Shown here piece by piece: positions 36,508 to 44,683 of a stretch of 64,000 nt of DNA (positions are counted from its first letter, which is position 1; every line of letters begins with the position of its first letter). The notes under the pieces are model-generated. The model did not search any database. It saw only the letters and a list, made by a program, of their open reading frames with translations, and was not told where the DNA came from. A program made the position numbers and the translations under genes. The DNA is from Spirochaetota bacterium (GTDB lineage: Bacteria; Spirochaetota; UBA4802; UBA5550): the NCBI GenBank assembly GCA_963663865.1, contig OY760686.1, forward strand, positions 2,912,001-2,976,000, read 5' to 3'.

Positions 36508-37397
36508 TTCGACCGCCCTTCGAGCATGTACTGAACCTCTTTGCTGTAGTAGTCTTCCGGTTTAAAGGGGGGGATATGGCTCTCTCTGATTCGGCGGCAG
36601 AATTCACGCCTGACATCGCTGTTGGCGCGAAAAGCGGAGTTGTAGGCTCCGTAGATATTGCCGGCATGGAACAGGCCGGCAAAGACGAAGAGTGTAATCC
36701 CGATTCCTCGTTCACCTTTACGGCTGAAGTACACTCCTCCGGCCGCTGCTGCAACAACTCCGGCCATGCTTATGAGCGCATCAGCGTATCTTCCAGAGTA
36801 GGCCTGCCCGCTTCCGGGAATAATCGACGACAGAGCGGCTGCAGCGACAGGGCTATATACTGGAAGCTCTTTATAAGACGAGAGGTCTCTGTACAACTCA
36901 GAGGCCCCTTCATCCGCGTGCCCTGACAGGTAATCAGATGCCTCCAGCTCAGCCTGCTCGAAGAATCCACCGGCAAGCAGGGAGTCAATCCGCCTCTGAA
37001 AGACCGGATACCTGAGGCTGCCGTCTATAACGGACATGTTGATATCCCCCAGATAAGAGGAAGCCTCAATATAGCTGCCCCTGTTCAGCGCGGCCGATGA
37101 AAGCATCATCAGTGAAGCAGTATCGTTCATAGGCAAGCCGTCAGCCGTAATCCGCGATGTCACAGCGGCGTACTGCCCCCCCAGATAGTAGCACGAGTTA
37201 ATAAAATAAGCGAAGCCGCCCTGGGCGCTTATGCCCCGCATGTGGAGATACCTTCTTGTTTCAGAAATGCAGTCAAAATAACGTCCCGCCTGAAAAAGCC
37301 CGGCCATAAAGCTGCGCTGCCTTTCCAGCTCAGGCTCAGCGGCTGAAAGTTCAAAGACAAGTATTACACACAGAAAAAGGGAAAAAAAAGGCCTCAT
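36504..37397 (-). CDS. Exported TPR-like protein with C-terminal TM2-like membrane domain
   Basis: Signal peptide; SPVAAAALSSIIPGSGQAYSGRY followed by hydrophobic helices and GNIYGAYNSA. Confidence 0.75.
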   Translation of the reverse strand: MRPFFSLFLCVILVFELSAAEPELERQRSFMAGLFQAGRYFDCISETRRYLHMRGISAQGGFAYFINSCYYLGGQYAAVTSRITADGLPMNDTASLMMLSSAALNRGSYIEASSYLGDINMSVIDGSLRYPVFQRRIDSLLAGGFFEQAELEASDYLSGHADEGASELYRDLSSYKELPVYSPVAAAALSSIIPGSGQAYSGRYADALISMAGVVAAAAGGVYFSRKGERGIGITLFVFAGLFHAGNIYGAYNSAFRANSDVRREFCRRIRESHIPPFKPEDYYSKEVQYMLEGRSK

Positions 37398-37792
37398 TTG
37401 TCTCCGCCGAAAACGGTTTCAGGAACCGGATCCCGTCCGGGAACATTAAACGGGTTACACCGGATAAGGCGGTCACCGGCAAGCACAGAACCTAAAAAAG
37501 CGCCGTGTTTTTCTACCGCCTGACGGCCGTAAGAGCTGCAGGTAGGGGTGTATCCGCAATTTGCGCCGTCCTGCGGAGATATAAAAACCTGGAAAAACCT
37601 GATGAGGAAATAAGCCCCGCCCTGAACTCCGTTGAAAACTGTACCCGGTGATGAATGATTGCAATCACTGGAAGCATACAGCTCATCGCCGGTTTCGACA
37701 TCACACCCGTAAGGCGCGAACTCTGAAGCCGCCGGCGCCGCCCATGCCGCGGCTGAAATAAGTATAATAATCTTTATAAAACACATCTTCAT
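37394..37792 (-). CDS. YidD (membrane protein insertion efficiency factor) family protein with an N-terminal signal peptide
   Basis: FQVFISPQDGANCGYTPTCSSYGRQAVEKHG..G..L..DRLIRCNP..DPVP. Confidence 0.88.
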   Translation of the reverse strand: MKMCFIKIIILISAAAWAAPAASEFAPYGCDVETGDELYASSDCNHSSPGTVFNGVQGGAYFLIRFFQVFISPQDGANCGYTPTCSSYGRQAVEKHGAFLGSVLAGDRLIRCNPFNVPGRDPVPETVFGGDK

Positions 37793-38007
37793 GGCCCGAT
37801 CATTGTGCGGCTCAAAAGCCCTGTCAAATCAAAAAATATACCTCAGGTCCAGTCTATGCGCGGACTACGTCTTGCATTGTTTAAATTACAATTCATCCGG
37901 GAGCTTTTACCGCAAGACCTGTCTATTTATGTCTTGACAGTGAGGTTTTACAGAGCTAACCAATCACTAACGTCTTAGACTGGCGGAATATATACCTGGA
38001 AAGTACA

Positions 38008-38859
38008 ATGAGAAAAAACAGACAGATTACGATATATCTCTTCAGAGTGATTCCCACATCTCTGCTCTCAAGAATTTTCGGATTCATTACTCGAATTCCT
38101 GTTTCCGCAAAGACAATGGATAGTCTGATAAGCTGGTATTCAAAGAAATACTCCGTTAACACCGATGAGTACATTATTCCAAAAGAAGGCTTCAGGAACT
38201 TTAACAGCTTCTTCACACGTCAGTTAAAAAAAGGCATGAGGCCGGTAGACCGCACAGCCGGAGCGGTCGTATCTCCGGTAGACGGCCGGATTGATGAATT
38301 CGGCAAGATTAAAGGTTCGTCAATCATGCAGGCAAAAGGGATTGACTACTCGCTTTATGACCTTATTCCCTCCGAATCTGCTGAAAAATATGAGGGCGGT
38401 TCATTCATAACTCTTTACCTCTCGCCGGGAGATTATCACAGGATACACTCTCCACTGAGCGGGAAAATAACCGGATACTTCCACATCCCCGGGAAGCTCT
38501 TCACAGTCCAGGAATTCATGGTCGGCGGATTGCCGGGTCTTTTTTCCAAAAATGAAAGGCTTATCAGCTATATAAAAGCTCCACGGACTGAATGTGCCGT
38601 CTGCAAGATAGGAGCCATGAATGTCGGAAGAATTTCCATCAGCCACGGTAGCATCATAACGAACCGAACCATAAGGACAAAGCACGAAGTCCACTACTTG
38701 AAAAGCTCCGAGGTCAAAACAAAAGCCGGCGATGAACTCGGCATTTTCCATCTTGGCTCAACTGTAATTCTTCTTTTCACCAGAGGAACAGTAAAATTCA
38801 AAGGCATCAAAAGGGGAATGAAGGTTAAAATGGGCAGCAAAATAGCTGAATTTGCATAG
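38008..38859 (+). CDS. psd: Phosphatidylserine decarboxylase proenzyme
   Basis: FNSFFTR, VSPVDG, YLSPGDYHRIHSP, NER, LGST autocleavage motif. Confidence 0.95.
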   Translation: MRKNRQITIYLFRVIPTSLLSRIFGFITRIPVSAKTMDSLISWYSKKYSVNTDEYIIPKEGFRNFNSFFTRQLKKGMRPVDRTAGAVVSPVDGRIDEFGKIKGSSIMQAKGIDYSLYDLIPSESAEKYEGGSFITLYLSPGDYHRIHSPLSGKITGYFHIPGKLFTVQEFMVGGLPGLFSKNERLISYIKAPRTECAVCKIGAMNVGRISISHGSIITNRTIRTKHEVHYLKSSEVKTKAGDELGIFHLGSTVILLFTRGTVKFKGIKRGMKVKMGSKIAEFA

Positions 38860-38884
38860 AACGTTTTTCCAATTCCGGTACGCC

Positions 38885-39373
38885 ATGGTCAACGGAGATG
38901 TCATTTACGAAAGCACAAGCGGCCTGCTTCAGTACGATGAGAGAAAGTCGATTCTCACGTACCGGCCTTCACTGGAAGAACCGGTAATCTGGCTGAAAAA
39001 AATTAATGAGGCCAGGTTCATCGACGGTGTGATTGAAGATGCGGAAAGGTTCTACATTGCCTGCGGCATCAGCGAAACGGAAGGCCGCTACATTGCGGTC
39101 TTCAAAGAAAGCGGCTCAACGGCCTGGTACATTCCCGGCAGGTCGTATATGCAGAGGCTCTTCGACGAAAGCCTCTATCTGATATTCGTCGATGAGAACG
39201 ACACTTACTACATTATTAAGACACGGCCCGAAGACGGAAGCATCGTATGGCATCACCGCGTCGACGAGTACCTTTGCGCCTACACTATTAAAAAAAACGC
39301 CGTGGTCCTCGCCTATTCTGACGGGCGTTCTGAGACACTGGACCCCTCAACCGGCATGTCCGTCGGCCGTTGA
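38885..39373 (+). CDS. Hypothetical protein, partial PQQ-type beta-propeller-like repeats (start uncertain)
   Basis: ESGSTAW, EDGSIVW and DPSTG blade-like motifs. Confidence 0.6.
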   Translation: MVNGDVIYESTSGLLQYDERKSILTYRPSLEEPVIWLKKINEARFIDGVIEDAERFYIACGISETEGRYIAVFKESGSTAWYIPGRSYMQRLFDESLYLIFVDENDTYYIIKTRPEDGSIVWHHRVDEYLCAYTIKKNAVVLAYSDGRSETLDPSTGMSVGR

Positions 39374-39379
39374 CAACTG

Positions 39380-42300
39380 CTACTCGCTCATCGCCTTCAT
39401 AACAGCTTCGCGGAACTCAACCTTATACGCCTGTATGCTGTATGGAACATTCTCATCAGTAATTGGATCGGGCCTGTCGGGCCTGTTCATGGTACGGGCA
39501 AGATTGACCCTCGCGAACTCATTTTCCATCTCAAGCTTTTTAGCGTACTGGATGGATTTCCAGTAACTGATTGAGCTCTTGGATTCATCGTTCTGCAGAA
39601 AGTACACTGCTCCAAGATTGTTATAGGCCGAACTCAGCGCTCCGAAGACCCTGTTGTGCTTATTGCTGCCGAGCTCAACAAGACCGATGCTCTCGGCTTC
39701 GTATTCAAGCACATTAATCATCTTAAGATATTCACCCCGCGCGGCATCATAGTTACCCATGTGATAAAAGGCATTTCCAAGCGCGAACATGAGTTCCGGG
39801 TGCTCTACAAAATCCTCGTAAAGATTGAGCCACTGTTCAAGCGATTTTGAATAGAGCCGGTTGAGGTAGTATACCCTTCCCAGATTGTAATGAAGCTCCG
39901 GAGAGCTGTATCCCTCAGCCAATGACTTTTCGTATTTTTCTCTGGCAACATTATAGTTGGCAAGCTTTTCAAGTTCCCTGTCGGTAATCTCATCCTCAAG
40001 GCTGCCGAACCTGAACTTAACCTTATCAAAATAATAATAGAAGATATCTCCCATAACAGCGTAGGTTTCGCCGGGCTCTTCGGTTCGGCGGTAAAAATCC
40101 TCGTAGGTAAACTCAGGCGGATTTGAAAGAGACTGAATTGCCCTGTTGAGATAGTCGTAGGACTTCACAGGCTGATTTGCCCTGAAATAATGCTTACCCA
40201 TAAGATGGAGAGCGTCAAAGTAGTTCGGAGACGCGTCTATGGCCTTCTCCAGAAAACGTTCCATTGCCTTCCGGTTGTTCCTTAAACCGGCGAGACGCGC
40301 CGATACAAGGTTAAGAGGGGGGTAGCCCGAATCCCTCTTCCTCAACGCCGCAAGTACATTCTCAACGGCAGGATAGGTGTTGTCGTTTTCGTTAATAATA
40401 CGGGGGGATACGACTCCATGGTCAACCCTCGCGTTGAAGCTGTCCGTACGGCGTTTGGTCAGGTAATAGTTCGCCAGCTTTGCCAGGAGCGGCGAGGGCA
40501 TATCCTCCAGAATCTCCTTCGCATTTATTTCAGCATGCGTTGAAGCGGTTAAATCGTATGCGTCTCTTTCTATATAAAGGTTGAGTAGTCCGGAATATCC
40601 GACAACCGAATCCGGGTCAACTTTGATGATATCCTCATAGTACTTTTTAGCCTTCAGATACTGCCCCTGATAGAAGTACGCGTTTCCGATTCCGAGCATG
40701 GCCGATACATTTTCCGGCTCAATTACAAGCGACCTCTTATAAAAGTCAATTGCCACATCCAGCTGAGAAGGAACTGTTGCTCCCATCTCCCTGATCTTAG
40801 CGGCAGGATAATACCTGCTCAGAAAATCTCTTATGTTGGAACTGTAAAATTGAGAAGGAACCCTGGAGTAAAACCTGCCCAGATTGTTGAGCGTTTCAGT
40901 GCATGCAGGATCTATGGAAAGAGCGGCATTTAACTTGCTGACAGCCCTGCCGTATTCTTTTTTTGTAAAGTATGCCTTGCCGTATGAGTTAAATCCGTAA
41001 AGATAGTTCCGAGCGTAATTCTCCTCGACTTCAACAGCCAGCCTCTCCGCGTTTTTGTAATCTTCCGATTTGGCGGCGTAATCTCCGTCGCGAAGAATGT
41101 ACTCCACACCCTCATCGATTTTACTCTTTGCCATGTAAGGTTTGTACACATAGTGATAGCCGAGCACGGTTATAATGAATCCTGAAACCGCGGCTATTCC
41201 AAATATCTTTGCACCCTTGAGCAGCCTTTTCTGGCGCAGCCTTCCCTCTCGGCTGTACTCTGGCCTTGAGTGAATGACCCGCTTAGCGGCAGCTCTCTCA
41301 TCCGTAAGGCGGATTTTCTTTCCGGTTCGGTCTTCCAGGTATTTCCTTACCGCATCCTCGGGACGTCCGTCGATAATCATGTCGGCAAGTTCTCTGATTT
41401 CGGATTCGGTAATCTGATCGTGTACTATGGCATCCTTGACCGCTGACCGCAGGCCGGGATTGAACAGGATTAGCGCCTTTTTCAGTTTCTTCAGGTCCTT
41501 TTCAGAGAGCTCAAGGCCGTCTCCAGACCCGGATGAAGCTGCCTCCTCTTTTCGGGAACTGGAAGAAAGCGGCAGGTGGTCGTCAAGCGGTTCGATCTCG
41601 AGCTCTTCACCGTCATCTTCATCGCTGCCGCCCGGAAGTTCAGCAGACATGCTCTCAAGATCGAGATCATCAAAAGCTGAAGTCTCAGGGGGCATCTGAG
41701 GAACTTCCGCCACCGGAATTTCAGGAAGCCCGGAGCTGGCGGGGAAATCATCTTCGAGAGCATCAGGAATCCCGGACAGGTCAACATCGGACAGACCGTC
41801 ATCTTCGGAGACAGGTGTAGCTTCATCTCCACCCTCTTCTTCGAAGGAAAGATCTGAATCGGGAATATCGCCTCCGATCAGCTCAGAATCTGCAATATCC
41901 ATCTCGTCAAGTGCCACGGGTTCTTCAGAGGTCAGGGAATCAAGGTCGCCGAATGCGGCTTCATCCGTAACGGCTTCCGGGGCTGCAGGCTCTTCAAGCA
42001 CATCATCTGAAGTAAAGTCGAAGTCTTCCGGCAGTGAGGACGCTTCTTCCGGTTCAAAATCCTGAGGTTCTTCGGCAGTGAAATCCTCTGTGATATCCTC
42101 AAGAAAATCCTCGTCAGGTTCAGAAGTTTCAGACGTTTCAATTTCCTGAATAAGATCTGAGATGTCCTCCACCTCATCTTCAGGAATCTCCGATGACTCC
42201 TCATAGATGTAGCCAGGACCGCCCTCAGCATCATCTTCTGAAGTATCGTAATATTCATCAAGTTCGTCGTCGGATTGGGCCGGAAACGTCTCAACAAAGT

Positions 42301-42460
42301 CATCAGCAGAAGGAAGGTCATCCGTTGGCGGCTGGTATCCGCCAGGCGCGATATAGGCATCCTGTTCAGCAGGAGAAACATAGCCCGTAACCACCTTTAC
42401 AATTCTGTCTATTTCCTCGAGCTCGTCGGGCGAATAATCTATCTTTTCGACTTCAGCCAT
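39380..42460 (-). CDS. flcA: Periplasmic flagellar collar protein FlcA-like
   Basis: About 310-aa very acidic N-terminus, one TM (IFGIAAVSGFIITVLGY), long TPR C-terminus; architecture of spirochaete FlcA. Confidence 0.7.
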   Translation of the reverse strand: MAEVEKIDYSPDELEEIDRIVKVVTGYVSPAEQDAYIAPGGYQPPTDDLPSADDFVETFPAQSDDELDEYYDTSEDDAEGGPGYIYEESSEIPEDEVEDISDLIQEIETSETSEPDEDFLEDITEDFTAEEPQDFEPEEASSLPEDFDFTSDDVLEEPAAPEAVTDEAAFGDLDSLTSEEPVALDEMDIADSELIGGDIPDSDLSFEEEGGDEATPVSEDDGLSDVDLSGIPDALEDDFPASSGLPEIPVAEVPQMPPETSAFDDLDLESMSAELPGGSDEDDGEELEIEPLDDHLPLSSSSRKEEAASSGSGDGLELSEKDLKKLKKALILFNPGLRSAVKDAIVHDQITESEIRELADMIIDGRPEDAVRKYLEDRTGKKIRLTDERAAAKRVIHSRPEYSREGRLRQKRLLKGAKIFGIAAVSGFIITVLGYHYVYKPYMAKSKIDEGVEYILRDGDYAAKSEDYKNAERLAVEVEENYARNYLYGFNSYGKAYFTKKEYGRAVSKLNAALSIDPACTETLNNLGRFYSRVPSQFYSSNIRDFLSRYYPAAKIREMGATVPSQLDVAIDFYKRSLVIEPENVSAMLGIGNAYFYQGQYLKAKKYYEDIIKVDPDSVVGYSGLLNLYIERDAYDLTASTHAEINAKEILEDMPSPLLAKLANYYLTKRRTDSFNARVDHGVVSPRIINENDNTYPAVENVLAALRKRDSGYPPLNLVSARLAGLRNNRKAMERFLEKAIDASPNYFDALHLMGKHYFRANQPVKSYDYLNRAIQSLSNPPEFTYEDFYRRTEEPGETYAVMGDIFYYYFDKVKFRFGSLEDEITDRELEKLANYNVAREKYEKSLAEGYSSPELHYNLGRVYYLNRLYSKSLEQWLNLYEDFVEHPELMFALGNAFYHMGNYDAARGEYLKMINVLEYEAESIGLVELGSNKHNRVFGALSSAYNNLGAVYFLQNDESKSSISYWKSIQYAKKLEMENEFARVNLARTMNRPDRPDPITDENVPYSIQAYKVEFREAVMKAMSE

Positions 42461-42735
42461 TTTAAAACACCTGAACTCCTATTCGTTTAATCGTGCGCCG
42501 GGATTACGGGACATAATCAGATCATATTGCCCGAATTTAAAAATCAAGTAACTATTAGAAACCAGAAAAAATATTTGCGCCGGATCAAACTGACAGGCCG
42601 GTCCAGCAAAATACTCTCAAGCTTCACGTTAAGATTATCGACACAAGTAGTGTATCCATCAAGAAGAAATGACTTTTGTGCTGCAGCAGATTTCGTACTG
42701 CAGATATATTATTACGGAGATTTCTGATACCGCCG

Positions 42736-43488
42736 ATGAACCTACACAGATACCGTGCCGTGAGACTCCTCATATTGACCGGCATACTCTTTTGCATGCC
42801 CGCTTTTACGCCGGGGAATGTCAAACTTAAAATAGCCGACTACCAGAACCTGGTCAGCCTTAAAATTCCGGCCCCCCCCGAGCCGCTCAACATGGTCAAT
42901 CTTGACGCGCTCGGCAGAGACAGTGAGAAGCTTGTACCGGGAACACTGTTCACCTACAGAGGAAGGAGTGCGGACTCCGTAAAGATCTGCGCGAGCTTTA
43001 CGGGTTGGGACCCGGTTCCAATGAATAAGGGGAGACATGGTGTGTGGTACTACTTCAAACCATTGTCCGCCGGAGACAGCGAATACAGCTATAAATACAT
43101 CGTGGACGGCATTTACATTCGCGATCCGTTGAATTTCTCAAAAAAGGACGACGGAGCCGGTTCCTATGTGTCGGTGACATATCCGCCTCCGGAAAGATTC
43201 AATCCCCGGCTCTCATACAGAATTCTGGGGAAAAACAGGGTCGAGTTCCGGCATTTCCGCCCCAGGGCAAGATTTATATCTGTTGTCGGAGATTTCAACG
43301 GCTGGAATCCGGAAAACGACGTTATGACCCGGGGGAAAGACGGCGTGTGGAGACTTTTAAAGCGCCTTCCATCAGGTACGTACAGATACAAGCTGGTAAT
43401 TGACGGAGAATGGAAGGCTGACATATACAACAGCAATTCCGCCTCTGACAAGACCGGGGATTTATGTTCCGTGGTTACAGTAAAATAA
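42736..43488 (+). CDS. Exported protein with two glycogen-binding (CBM48/AMPK-beta-type) domains
   Basis: Signal peptide; SFTGWDP..GVW..YKYIVDG..DPLN and VGDFNGWNP..GVW..YRYKLVIDGEW. Confidence 0.85.
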   Translation: MNLHRYRAVRLLILTGILFCMPAFTPGNVKLKIADYQNLVSLKIPAPPEPLNMVNLDALGRDSEKLVPGTLFTYRGRSADSVKICASFTGWDPVPMNKGRHGVWYYFKPLSAGDSEYSYKYIVDGIYIRDPLNFSKKDDGAGSYVSVTYPPPERFNPRLSYRILGKNRVEFRHFRPRARFISVVGDFNGWNPENDVMTRGKDGVWRLLKRLPSGTYRYKLVIDGEWKADIYNSNSASDKTGDLCSVVTVK

Positions 43489-43558
43489 AAGAGCCAGAAT
43501 CGAATAAAGTCGCCTGAAAAATCGTTGCATTTTTTACAGGATTTATTTACTTGAAAGT

Positions 43559-44119
43559 ATGACAGAATATATTAGAAATAATGCTTTCAAGGACGTGCCG
43601 GTAAAAGAGTCGCTTGCAGTTTCGAACGACGAAGACTTTCTGGAAGAAAGCCTTGAGGATATTATAGACAGGGCTTATGACAGTATTGACTCGTGTGACT
43701 ACCTTCAGGCCTTCAAGCTATTCAGCTACGGCTCAACCCTGGATGACCGGGACCCGGAGATTCTAAACGGACTCGGTGTAGCGCTTTGCGAGTTAGGAAA
43801 GCTTGATGAGTCACGCCTGGTCCTTGAGAGAGCATTCAGGTTCAATCCGGACGACGCAATCACATGTGCCAACCTTGCCGGCGTTCACTGGGAAATCAAT
43901 AACTACGACATGGCCGCCTATTACTATAAAAGATCTATAGACCTTGATCCCATGATGGAAGAATCGTACTATAATCTGGCCAACCTGTACATTGAGACCG
44001 GCTCGCTCTATATGGCTTTTATTCTGTGCTCTGAGCTCAAGAAACAGTTTCCCGCCAGCCTTGACGCTACTGACCTGATGGACGACATCATTCTAAACAT
44101 GGCTCTTTCCATGTACTGA
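43559..44119 (+). CDS. TPR protein
   Basis: DPEILNGLGVAL, NPDDAITCANLA, DPMMEESYYNLANLY. Confidence 0.85.
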   Translation: MTEYIRNNAFKDVPVKESLAVSNDEDFLEESLEDIIDRAYDSIDSCDYLQAFKLFSYGSTLDDRDPEILNGLGVALCELGKLDESRLVLERAFRFNPDDAITCANLAGVHWEINNYDMAAYYYKRSIDLDPMMEESYYNLANLYIETGSLYMAFILCSELKKQFPASLDATDLMDDIILNMALSMY

Positions 44120-44124
44120 GAATT

Positions 44125-44613
44125 TCAGTATTTACTGAAGGTTTTTCTCACATATTCATTTACAGTGGAATCCCCTCCAGCAGGCGTGGATATGTCTCCG
44201 GAGAGGTCAAGCTTCCAGCTTCCATTTTCAAAAACGGCCCTGAGCCTGACAGGCATCCCTACTATGTTCTGGCTTGAATGCCTTGTAAATCTCACATCTA
44301 TTATCGCGGTCTCATCTGACATCTCTGGCGGGGGGCATATCCACTTATCGCCCGTGTCAGCGATCTTTAAAACAGAGAAAAGTTTCTCCTTTGTAATTAG
44401 CCCTTTTCTGACAAGGCTTTCAGCTTCAGCCAGAGTACCGGCCGAATAGCAGGCCCTTAGCTCACTGTACGACTTGGAATCCCTGACGCACGCAACCGCC
44501 GACTCAGGCAGGCTGCTCTCTTCAGCCGGTTTCTTTTTTCCGCATCCTGTAAAAAAAGCAGGCGCTGAGACACAGAGCATAACCGTACATACAAATCTTA
44601 AATAAAAACCCAT
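44125..44613 (-). CDS. Lipoprotein, hypothetical (NTF2-like C-terminus possible)
   Basis: Lipobox FFTGC; VFENGSWKL. Confidence 0.72.
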   Translation of the reverse strand: MGFYLRFVCTVMLCVSAPAFFTGCGKKKPAEESSLPESAVACVRDSKSYSELRACYSAGTLAEAESLVRKGLITKEKLFSVLKIADTGDKWICPPPEMSDETAIIDVRFTRHSSQNIVGMPVRLRAVFENGSWKLDLSGDISTPAGGDSTVNEYVRKTFSKY

Positions 44614-44683
44614 GCGGCCCCATCCTCCCCCTTTTGAATCTTACCTGCGATACGTCCGGGCAAACCGAAACTGCCGGCCTTCA

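Noticed and set aside
41530-42460. Very acidic low-complexity region as a repeat element
   Set aside because: It is the coding N-terminus typical of FlcA-like proteins, with no nucleotide-level periodicity.
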